A stretch of DNA of 64,000 nucleotides. Origin: the human T2T-CHM13v2.0 reference genome, Homo sapiens. Positions 29,518 to 42,500 of this stretch are shown here, in pieces; position 1 is the stretch's first letter; each line of letters opens with the position of its first letter. Both the position numbers and the translations under genes were made by a program. The notes beneath the pieces were generated by a model, which was given only the letters and a program-made list of their open reading frames with translations, searched no databases and was not told where the DNA came from. The stretch lies in assembly GCF_009914755.1 (NCBI RefSeq), contig NC_060925.1. One strand, written 5' to 3'.

Positions 29518-32500
29518 ATGGAATCGTCATCGAATGAATTGAATGCAATCATCGAATGGTCTCGAATGGAATCATCTTCTAATGGAAAGGAATGGAATCA
29601 TCGCATAGAATCGAATGGAATTATCATCGAATGGAATCGAATGGTATCAACACCAAACGGAAAAAAACGGAATTATCGAATGGAATCGAAGAGAATCTTC
29701 GAACGGACCCGAATGGAATCATCTAATGGAATGGAATGGAATAATCCATGGACTCGAATGCAATCATCATCGAATGGAATCGAATGGAATCATCGAATGG
29801 ACTCGAATGGAATAATCATTGAACGGAATCGAATGGAATCATCATCGGATGGAAACGAATGGAATCATCATCGAATGGAAATGAAAGGAGTCATCATCTA
29901 ATGGAATTGCATGGAATCATCATAAAATGGAATCGAATGGAATCAACATCAAATGGAATCAAATGGAATCATTGGACGGAATTGAATGGAATCGTCATCG
30001 AATGAATTGAATGCAATCATCGAATGGTCTCGAATGGAATCATCTTCAAATGGAATGGAATGGAATCATCGCATAGAATCGAATGGAATTATCATCGAAT
30101 GGAATCGAATGGAATCAACATCCAACGGAAAAAAACGGAATTATCGAATGGAATCGAAGAGAATCATCGAATGGACCCGAATGGAATCATCTAATGGAAT
30201 GGAATGGAATAATCCATGGACTCGAATGCAATCATCATCGAATGGAATCGAATGGAATCATCGAATGGACTCGAATGGAATAATCATTGAACGGAATCGA
30301 ATGGAATCATCATCGGATGGAAATGAATGGAATCATCATCGAATGGAATCGAATAGAATTATGGAATGAAATCCAGTGTGATCATCATCGAATGGACCCG
30401 AATGGAATCATCATCCAACGGAAGCTAATGGAATCAACATCGAATGAATCAAATGGAAACACCATCGAATTGAAACGAATGGAATTATCATGAAATTGAA
30501 ATGGATGGACTCATCATCGAATGGATTCGAATGGAATCATCGAATAAAATTGATTGAAATCATCATCGAATGGAATCGAATGGTATCATTGAATGGAATC
30601 GAATGGAATCATCATCAGATGGAAATGAATGGAATCGTCATAGAATGGAATCGAATGGATTCATTGAATGGAATCAGATGGAATCATCGAATGGACTGGA
30701 ATGGAATCATTGAATGGACTCGAAAGGGATCATTATTGAATGGAATTGAATGGAATCATTGAATGGTCTCGATTGGAATCATTATCAAATGGAATCGAAT
30801 GGAATCACCGAATAGAATCGAATGGAACAATCATCGAATGGACTCAAATGGAATTATCCTCAAATGGAATCGAATGGAATTATCGAATGCAATCGAATGG
30901 AATTATCGAATGCAATTGAATAGAATCATCGAATGGACTCGAATGGAATCATCGAATGGAATGGAATGGTACAGTCAATGAACTCGAATGGAATCATCAT
31001 TGAATGGAATCGAATGGAATCATCGAGTGGAATCGAATGGAATTATGATCAAATGGAATCGAATGTAATCATCATCAAATGGAATCAAAAATAACCATCA
31101 TCAATTGGTATTGAATGGAATTGTCATCAAATGGAATTCAAAGGAATCATCATCAAATGGAACCGAATGGAATCCTCATTGAATGGAAATGAAAGGGGTC
31201 ATCATCTAATGGAATCGCATGGAATCATCATCAAATGGAATCGAATGGAATCATCATCAAATGGAATCTAATGGAATCATTGAACAGAATTGAATGGAAT
31301 CGTCATCGAATGAATTGAATGCAATCATCGAATGGTCTCGAATGGAATCATCTTCTAATGGAAAGGAATGGAATCATCGCATAGAATCGAATGGAATTAT
31401 CATCGAATGGAATCGAATGGTATCAACACCAAACGGAAAAAAACGGAATTATCGAATGGAATCGAAGAGAATCTTCGAACGGACCCGAATGGAATCATCT
31501 AATGGAATGGAATGGAATAATCCATGGAATCGAATGCAATCATCATCGAATGGAATCGAATGGAATCATCGAATGGACTCGAATGGAATAATCATTGAAC
31601 GGAATCGAATGGAATCATCATCGGATGGAAACGAATGGAATCATCATCGAATGGAAATGAAAGGAGTCATCATCTAATGGAATTGCATGGAATCATCATA
31701 AAATGGAATCGAATGGAATCAACATCAAATGGAATCAAATGGAATCATTGAACGGAATTGAATGGAATCGTCATCGAATGAATTGACTGCAATCATCGAA
31801 TGGTCTCGAATGGAATCATCTTCAAATGGAATGGAATGGAATCATCGCATAGAATCGAATGGAATTATCATCGAATGGAATCGAATGGAATCAACATCCA
31901 ACGGAAAAAAACGGAATTATCGAATGGAATCGAAGAGAATCATCGAATGGACCCGAATGGAATCATCTAATGGAATGGAATGGAATAATCCATGGACTCG
32001 AATGCAATCATCATCGAATGGAATCGAATGGAATCATCGAATGGACTCGAATGGAATAATCATTGAACGGAATCGAATGGAATCATCATCGGATGGAAAT
32101 GAATGGAATCATCATCGAATGGAATCGAATAGAATTATGGAATGAAATCCAGTGTGATCATCATCGAATGGACCCGAATGGAATCATCATCCAACGGAAG
32201 CTAATGGAATCAACATCGAATGAATCAAATGGAAACACCATCGAATTGAAACGAATGGAATTATCATGAAATTGAAATGGATGGACTCATCATCGAATGG
32301 ATTCGAATGGAATTATCGAATAAAATTGATTGAAATCATCATCGAATGGAATCGAATGGTATCATTGAATGGAATCGAATGGAATCATCATCAGATGGAA
32401 ATGAATGGAATCGTCATAGAATGGAATCGAATGGATTCATTGAATGGAATCAGATGGAATCATCGAATGGACTGGAATGGAATCATTGAATGGACTCGAA

Positions 32501-33069
32501 AGGGATCATTATTGAATGGAATTGAAAGGAATCATTGAATGGTCTCGATTGGAATCATTATCAAATGGAATCGAATGGAATCACCGAATAGAATCGAATG
32601 GAACAATCATCGAATGGACTCAAATGGAATTATCCTCAAATGGAATCGAATGGAATTATCGAATGCAATCGAATGGAATTATCGAATGCAATCGAATAGA
32701 ATCATCGAATGGACTCGAATGGAATCATCGAATGGAATGGAATGGTACAGTCAATGAACTCGAATGGAATCATCATTGAATGGAATCGAATGGAATCATC
32801 GAGTGGAATCGAATGGAATTATGATCAAATGGAATCGAATGTAATCATCATCAAATGGAATCAAAAATAACCATCATCAATTGGTATTGAATGGAATTGT
32901 CATCAAATGGAATTCAAAGGAATCATCATCAAATGGAACCGAATGGAATCCTCATTGAATGGAAATGAAAGGGGTCATCATCTAATGGAATCGCATGGAA
33001 TCATCATCAAATGGAATCGAATGGAATCATCATCAAATGGAATCTAATGGAATCATTGAACAGAATTGA
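29518..33069 (+). repeat. Two canonical 1,776-bp units
   Basis: A starts at 29518, 31294 and 33070. Confidence 0.9.
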
Positions 33070-35313
33070 ATGGAATCGTCATCGAATGAATTGAATGCAA
33101 TCATCGAATGGTCTCGAATGGAATCATCTTCTAATGGAAAGGAATGGAATCATCGCATAGAATCGAATGGAATTATCATCGAATGGAATCGAATGGTATC
33201 AACACCAAACGGAAAAAAACGGAATTATCGAATGGAATCGAAGAGAATCTTCGAACGGACCCGAATGGAATCATCTAATGGAATGGAATGGAATAATCCA
33301 TGGACTCGAATGCAATCATCATCGAATGGAATCGAATGGAATCATCGAATGGACTCGAATGGAATAATCATTGAACGGAATCGAATGGAATCATCATCGG
33401 ATGGAAACGAATGGAATCGTCATCGAATGGAAATGAAAGGAGTCATCATCTAATGGAATTGCATGGAATCATCATAAAATGGAATCGAATGGAATCAACA
33501 TCAAATGGAATCAAATGGAATCATTGAACGGAATTGAATGGAATCGTCATCGAATGAATTGACTGCAATCATCGAATGGTCTCGAATGGAATCATCTTCA
33601 AATGGAATGGAATGGAATCATCGCATAGAATCGAATGGAATTATCATCGAATGGGATCGAATGGAAACAACATCAAACGGAAAAAAACGGAATTATCGTA
33701 TGGAATCGAAGAGAATCATCGAATGGACCCGAATGGAATCATCTAATGGAATGGAATGGAATAATCCATGGACTCGAATGCAATCATCATCGAATGAAAT
33801 CGAATGGAATCATCGAATGGACTCGAATGGAATAATCATTGAACGGAATCGAATGGAATCATCATCGGATGGAAATGAATGGAATCATCATCGAGTGGAA
33901 ATGAAAGGAGTCATCATCTAATGCAATTGCATGGAATCATCATAAAATGGAATCGAATGGAATCAACATCAAATGGAATCTAATGGAATCATTGAACAGA
34001 ATTGAATGGAATCGTCATCGAATGAATTGACTGCAATCATCGAATGGTCTCGAATGGAATCATCTTCAAATGGAATGGAATGGAATCATCGCATAGAATC
34101 GAATGGAATTATCATCGAATGGAATCGAATGGAATCAACATCAAACGGAAAAAAACGGAATTATCGAATGGAATCGAAGAGAATCATCGAATGGACCCGA
34201 ATGGAATCATCTAATGGAATGGAATGGAATAATCCATGGACTCGAATGCAATCATCATCGAATGGAATCGAATGGAATCATCGAATGGACTCGAATGGAA
34301 TAATCATTGAACGGAATCGAATGGAATCATCATCGGATGGAAATGAATGGAATCATCATCGAATGGAATCGAATAGATTTATGGAATGAAATCCAGTGTG
34401 ATCATCATCGAATGGACCCGAATGGAATCATCATCCAACGGAAGCTAATGGAATCAACATCGAATGAATCAAATGGAAACACCATCGAATTGAAACGAAT
34501 GGAATTATCATGAAATTGAAATGGATGGACTCATCATCGAATGGATTCGAATGGAATCATCGAATAAAATTGATTGAAATCATCATCGAATGGAATCGAA
34601 TGGTATCATTGAATGGAATCGAATGGAATCATCATCAGATGGAAATGAATGGAATCGCCATAGAATGGAATCGAATGGATTCATTGAATGGAATCAGATG
34701 GAATCATCGAATGGACTGGAATGGAATCATTGAATGGACTCGAAAGGGATCATGATTGAATGGAATTGAATGGAATCATCGAATGGTCTCGATTCGAATC
34801 ATTATCAAATGGAATCGAATGGAATCACCGAATAGAATCGAATGGAACAATCATCGAATGGACTCAAATGGAATTATCCTCAAATGGAATCGAATGGAAT
34901 TATCGAATGCAATCGAATGGAATTATCGAATGCAATCGAATAGAATCATCGAATGGACTCGAATGGAATCATCGAATGGAATGGAATGGAACAGTCAATG
35001 AACTCGAATGGAATCATCATTGAATGGAATCGAATGGAATCATCGAGTGGAATCGAATGGAATTATGATCAAATGGAATCGAATGTAATCATCATCAAAT
35101 GGAATCAAAAATAACCATCATCAATTGGTATTGAATGGAATTGTCATCAAATGGAATTCAAAGGAATCATCATCAAATGGAACCGAATGGAATCCTCATT
35201 GAATGGAAATGAAAGGGGTCATCATCTAATGGAATCACATGGAATCATCATCAAATGGAATCGAAGGGAATCATCATCAAATGGAATCGAATGGAATCAT
35301 TGAACAGAATTGA
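33070..35313 (+). repeat. 2,244-bp unit with three A/B-type subunits
   Basis: Subunit starts at 33070, 33538 and 34006; C at 34510; next A at 35314. Confidence 0.88.
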
Positions 35314-36699
35314 ATGGAATCGTCATCGAATGAATTGAATGCAATCATCGAATGGTCTCGAATGGAATCATCTTCTAATGGAAAGGAATGGAATCATCGC
35401 ATAGAATCGAATGGAATTATCATCGAATGGAATCGAATGGTATCAACACCAAACGGAAAAAAACGGAATTATCGAATGGAATCGAACAGAATCTTCGAAC
35501 GGACCCGAATGGAATCATCTAATGGAATGGAATGGAATAATCCATGGACTCGAATGCAATCATCATCGAATGGAATCGAATGGAATCATCGAATGGACTC
35601 GAATGGAATAATCATTTAACGGAATCGAATGGAATCATTATCAGATGGAAACGAATGGAATCATCATCGAATGGAAATGAAAGGAGTCATCATCTAATGG
35701 AATTGCATGGAATCATCACAAAATGGAATCGAATGGAATCATCATCGAATGGAATCGAATAGAATTATGGAATGAAATCCAGTGTGATCATCATCGAATG
35801 GACCCGAATACAATCATTATCCAACGGAAGCTAATGGAATCAACATCGAATGAATCGAATGGAAACACCATCGAATTGAAACGAATGGAATTATCATGAA
35901 ATTGAAATGGATGGACTCATCATCGAATGGATTCGAATGGAATCATCGAATAAAATTGATTGAAATCATCATCAAATGGAATCGAATGGTATCATTGAAT
36001 GGAATCGAATGGAATCATCATCAGATGGAAATGAATGGAATCGTCATAGAATGGAATCGAATGGATTCATTGAATGGAATCAGATGGAATCATCGAATGG
36101 ACTGGAATGGAATCATTGAATGGACTCGAAAGGGATCATTATTGAATGGAATTGAATGGAATCATCGAATGGTCTCGATTGGAATCATTATCAAATGGAA
36201 TCGAATGGAATCACCGAATAGAATCGAATGGAACAATCATCGAATGGACTCAAATGGAATTATCCTCAAATGGAATCGCATGGAATTATTGAATGCAATC
36301 GAATGGAATTATCGAATGCAATCGAATAGAATCATCGAATGGACTCGAATGGAATCATCGAATGGAATGGAATGGAACAGTCAATGAACTCGAATGGAAT
36401 CATCATTGAATGGAATCGAATGGAATCATCGAGTGGAATCGAATGGAATTATGATCAAATGGAATCGAATGTAATCATCATCAAATGGAATCAAAAATAA
36501 CCATTATCAATTGGTATTGAATGGAATTGTCATCAAATGGAATTCAAAGGAATCATCATCAAATGGAACCGAATGGAATCCTCATTGAATGGAAATGAAA
36601 GGGGTCATCATCTAATGGAATCGCATGGAATCATCATCAAATGGAATCGAATGGAATCATCATCAAATGGAATCTAATGGAATCATTGAACAGAATTGA
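35314..36699 (+). repeat. 1,386-bp unit (390-bp deletion removing most of B)
   Basis: A at 35314 to C at 35896 is 582 bp instead of 972; junction at ~35730-35745. Confidence 0.87.
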
Positions 36700-39538
36700 A
36701 TGGAATCGTCATCGAATGAATTGAATGCAATCATCGAATGGTCTCGAATGGAATCATCTTCTAATGGAAAGGAATGGAATCATCGCATAGAATCGAATGG
36801 AATTATCATCGAATGGAATCGAATGGTATCAACACCAAACGGAAAAAAACGGAATTATCGAATGGAATCGAAGAGAATCTTCGAACGGACCCGAATGGAA
36901 TCATCTAATGGAATGGAATGGAATAATCCATGGACTCGAATGCAATCATCATCGAATGGAATCGAATGGAATCATCGAATGGACTCGAATGGAATAATCA
37001 TTGAACGGAATCGAATGGAATCATCATCGGATGGAAACGAATGGAATCATCATCGAATGGAAATGAAAGGAGTCATCATCTAATGGAATTGCATGGAATC
37101 ATCATAAAATGGAATCGAATGGAATCAACATCAAATGGAATCAAATGCAATCATTGAACGGAATTGAATGGAATCGTCATCGAATGAATTGACTGCAATC
37201 ATCGAATGGTCTCCAATGGAATCATCTTCAAATGGAATGGAATGGAATCATCGCATAGAATCGAATGGAATTATCATAGAATGGAATCGAATGGAATCAA
37301 CATCAAACGGAAAAAAACGGAATTATCGAATGGAATCGAAGAGAATCATCGAATGGACCCGAATGGAATCATGTAATGGAATGGAATGGAATAATCCATG
37401 GACTCGAATGCAATCATCATCGAATGGAATCGAATGGAATCATCGAATGGACTCGAATGGAATAATCATTGAACGGAATCGAATGGAATCATCATCGGAT
37501 GGAAATGAATGGAATCATCATCGAATGGAATCGAATAGAATTATGGAATGAAATCCAGTGTGATCATCATCGAATGGACCCGAATGGAATCATCATCCAA
37601 CGGAAGCTAATGGAATCAACATCGAATGAATCGAATGGAAACACCATCGAATTGAAACGAATGGAATTATCATGAAATTGAAATGGAAGGACTCATCATC
37701 GAATGGATTCGAATGGAATCATCGAATAAAATTGATTGAAATCATCATCGAATGGAATCGAATGGTATCATTGAATGGAATCGAATGGAATCATCATCAG
37801 ATGGAAATGAATGGAATCGTCATAGAATGGAATCGAATGGATTCATTGAATGGAATCAGATGGAATCATCGAATGGACTGGAATGGAATCATTGAATGGA
37901 CTCGAAAGGGATCATGATTGAATGGAATTGAATGGAATCATCGAATGGTCTCGATTGGAATCATTATCAAAGGGAATCGAATGGAATCACCGAATAGAAT
38001 CGAATGGAACAATCATCGAATGGACTCAAATGGAATTATCCTCAAATGGAATCGAATGGAATTATCGAATGCAATCGAATGGAATTATCGAATGCAATCG
38101 AATAGAATCATCGAATGGACTGGAATGGAATCATCGAATGGAATGGAATGGAACAGTCAATGAACACGAATGGAATCATCATTGAATGGAATCGAATGGA
38201 ATCATCGAGTGGAATCGAATGGAATTATGATCAAATGGAATCGAATGTAATCATCATCAAATGGAATCAAAAATAACCATCATCAATTGGTATTGAATGG
38301 AATTGTCATCAAATGGAATTCAAAGGAATCATCATCAAATGGAACCGAATGGAATCCTCATTGAATGGAAATGAAAGGGGTCATCATCTAATGGAATCGC
38401 ATGGAATCATCATCAAATGGAATCGAATGGAATCATCATCAAATGGAATCTAATGGAATCATTGAACAGAATTGAATGGAATCGTCATCGAATGAATTGA
38501 ATGCAATCATCGAATGGTCTCGAATGGAATCATCTTCTAATGGAAAGGAATGGAATCATCGCATAGAATCGAATGGAATTATCATCGAATGGAATCGAAT
38601 GGTATCAACACCAAACGGAAAAAAACGGAGTTATCGAATGGAATCGAAGAGAATCTTCGAACGGACCCGAATGGAATCATCTAATGGAATGGAATGGAAT
38701 AATCCATGGACTCGAATGCAATCATCATCGAATGGAATCGAATGGAATCATCGAATGGACTCGAATGGAATAATCATTGAACGGAATCGAATGGAATCAT
38801 CATCGGATGGAAACGAATGGAATCATCATCGAATGGAAATGAAAGGAGTCATCATCTAATGGAATTGCATGGAATCATCATAAAATGGAATCGAATGGAA
38901 TCAACATCAAATGGAATCAAATGGAATCATTGAACGGAATTGAATGGAATCGTCATCGAATGAATTGACTGCAATCATCGAATGGTCTCGAATGGAATCA
39001 TCTTCAAATGGAATGTAATGGAATCATCGCATAGAATCGAATGGAATTATCATCGAATGGAATCGAATGGAATCAACATCAAACGGAAAAAAACGGAATT
39101 ATCGAATGGAATCGAAGAGAATCATCGAATGGACCCGAATGGAATCATCTAATGGAATGGAATGGAATAATCCATGGACTCGAATGCAATCATCATCGAA
39201 TGGAATCGAATGGAATCATCGAATGAACTCGAATGGAATCATCATTGAATGGAATCGAATGGAATCATCGAGTGGAATCGAATGGAATTATGATCAAATG
39301 GAATCGAATGTAATCATCATCAAATGGAATCAAAAATAACCATCATCAATTGGTATTGAATGGAATTGTCATCAAATGGAATTCAAAGGAATCATCATCA
39401 AATGGAACCGAATGGAATCCTCATTGAATGGAAATGAAAGGGGTCATCATCTAATGGAATCGCACGGAATCATCATCAAATGGAATCGAATGGAATCATC
39501 ATCAAATGGAATCTAATGGAATCATTGAACAGAATTGA
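36700..39538 (+). repeat. Canonical 1,776-bp unit followed by a 1,063-bp short unit
   Basis: A starts at 36700, 38476 and 39539; junction at ~39224. Confidence 0.89.
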
Positions 39539-42500
39539 ATGGAATCGTCATCGAATGAATTGAATGCAATCATCGAATGGTCTCGAATGGAATCATCTTC
39601 TAATGGAAAGGAATGGAATCATCGCATAGAATCGAATGGAATTATCATCGAATGGAATCGAATGGTATCAACACCAAACAGAAAAAAACGGAATTATCGA
39701 ATGGAATCGAAGAGAATCTTCGAACGGACCCGAATGGAATCATCTAATGGAATGGAATGGAATAATCCATGGACTCGAATGCAATCATCATCGAATGGAA
39801 TCGAATGGAATCATCGAATGGACTCGAATGGAATAATCACTGAACGGAATCGAATGGAATCATCATCGGATGGAAACGAATGGAATCATCATCGAATGCA
39901 AATGAAAGGAGTCATCATCTAATGGAATTGCATGGAATCATCATAAAATGGAATCGAATGGAATCAACATCAAATGGAATCAAATGGAATCATTGAACGG
40001 AATTGAATGGAATCGTCATCGAATGAATTGACTGCAATCATCGAATGGTCTCGAATGGAATCATCTTCAAATGGAATGGAATGGAATCATCGCATAGAAT
40101 CGAATGGAATTATCATCGAATGGAATCGAATGGAATCAACATCAAACGGAAAAAAACGGAATTATTGAATGGAATCGAAGAGAATCATTGAATGGACCCG
40201 AATGGAATCATCTAATGGAATGGAATGGAATAATCCATGGACTCGAATGCAATCATCATCGAATGGAATCGAATGGAATCATCGAATGGACACGAATGGA
40301 ATAATCATTGAACGGAATCGAATGGAATCATCATCGGATGGAAACGAATGGAATCATCATCGAATGGAAATGAAAGGAGTCATGTAATGGAATTGCATGG
40401 AATCATCATAAAATGGAATCGAATGGAATCAACATCAAATGGAATCCAATGGAATCATTGAACGGAAATGAATGGAATCGTCATCGAATGAATTGAATGA
40501 AATCATCGAATGGTCTCGAATGGAATCATCTTCAAATGGAATGGAGTGGAATCATCGCATAGAATCGAATGGAATTATCATCGAATGGAATCGAATGGAA
40601 TCAACATCAAACGGAAAAAAAACGGAATTATCGAATGGAATCAAAGAGAATCATCGGATGGACCCGAATGGAATCATCTAATGGAATGGAATGGAATAAT
40701 CCATGGACTCGAATGCAATCATCATCGAATGGAATCGAATGGAATCATCGAATGGACTCGAATGGAATAATCATCGAATGGAATCGAATGGAATCTTCAT
40801 CGGATGGAAATGAATGGAATCATCATCGAATGGAATCGAATAGAATTATGGAATGAAATCCAGTGTGATCATCATCGAATGGACCCGAATGGAATCATCA
40901 TACAACGGAAGCTAATGGAATCAACATCGAATGAATCGAATGGAAACACCATCGAATTGAAACGAATGGAATTATCATGAAATTGAAACGGATGGACTCA
41001 TCATCGAATGGATTCGAATGGAATCATCGAATAAAATTGATTGAAATCATCATCGAATGGAATCGAATGGTATCATTGAATGGAATCGAATGGAATCATC
41101 ATCAGATGGAAATGAATGGAATCGTCATAGAATGGAATCGAATGGATTCATTGAATGGAATCAGATGGAATCATCGAATGGACTGGAATGGAATCATTGA
41201 ATGGACTCGAAAGGGATCATGATTGAATGGAATTGAATGGAATCATCGAATGGTCTCGATTGGAATCATTATCAAATGGAATCGAATGGAATCACCGAAT
41301 AGAATCGAATGGAACAATCATCGAATGGAATCAAATGGAATTATCCTCAAATGGAATCGAATGGAATTATCGAATGCAATCGAATGGAATTATCGAATGC
41401 AATCGAATAGAATCATCGAATGGATTCGAATGGAATCATCGAATGGAATGGAATGGAACAGTCAATGAACTCGAATGGAATCATCATTGAATGGAATCGA
41501 ATGGAATCATCGAGTGGAATCGAATGGAATTATGATCAAATGGAATTGAATGTAATCATCATCAAATGGAATCAAAAATAACCATCATCAATTGGTATTG
41601 AATGGAATTGTCATCAAATGGAATTCAAAGGAATCATCATCAAATGGAACCGAATGGAATCCTCATTGAATGGAAATGAAAGGGGTCATCACGTAATGGA
41701 ATCGCATGGAATCATCTTCAAATGGAATCGAATGGAATCATCATCAAATGGAATCTAATGGAATCATTGAACAGAATTGAATGGAATCGTTATCGAATGA
41801 ATTGAATGCAATCATCGAATGGTCTCGAATGGAATCATCTTCTAATGGAAAGGAATGGAATCATCGCATAGAATCGAATGGAATTAACATTGAATGGACT
41901 CGAATGGAATCAACATCAAACGGAATCAAGCGGAATTATCGAATGGAATCGAAGATAATCATCGAATGGACTCGAATGGAATCACCTAATGGAATGGAAT
42001 GGAATAATCCATGGACTCGAATGCAATCATCATCGAATGGAATCGAATGGAATCATCGAATGGACTCGAATGGAATAATCATTGAACGGAATCGAATGGA
42101 ATCATCATCGGATGGAAACGAATGGAATCATCATCGAATGGAAATGATAGGAGTCATCATCTAATGGAATTGCATGGAATCATCATAAAATGGAATCGAA
42201 TGGAATCGACATCAAATGGAATCAACTGGAATCATTGAACGAAATTGAGTGGAATCATCGTCGAATGAATTGAATGCAATCATCGAATGGTCTCGAATGG
42301 AATCATCTTCAAATGGAATGGAATGGAATCATCGCATAGAATCGAATGGAATTATCATCGAATGGCATCGAAAGGTATCAACAACAAACGGAAAAAAACG
42401 GAATTATCGAATGGAATCGAAGAGAATCATCGAACGGTCCCGAATGGAATCATCTAATGGAATGGAATGGAATTATCCATGGACTCGAATGCAATCATCA

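Noticed and set aside
23261-40625. A8 instead of A7 runs at ~23269 and ~40615, resembling slippery frameshift sites
   Set aside because: These are homopolymer slippage or sequencing errors in non-coding DNA.
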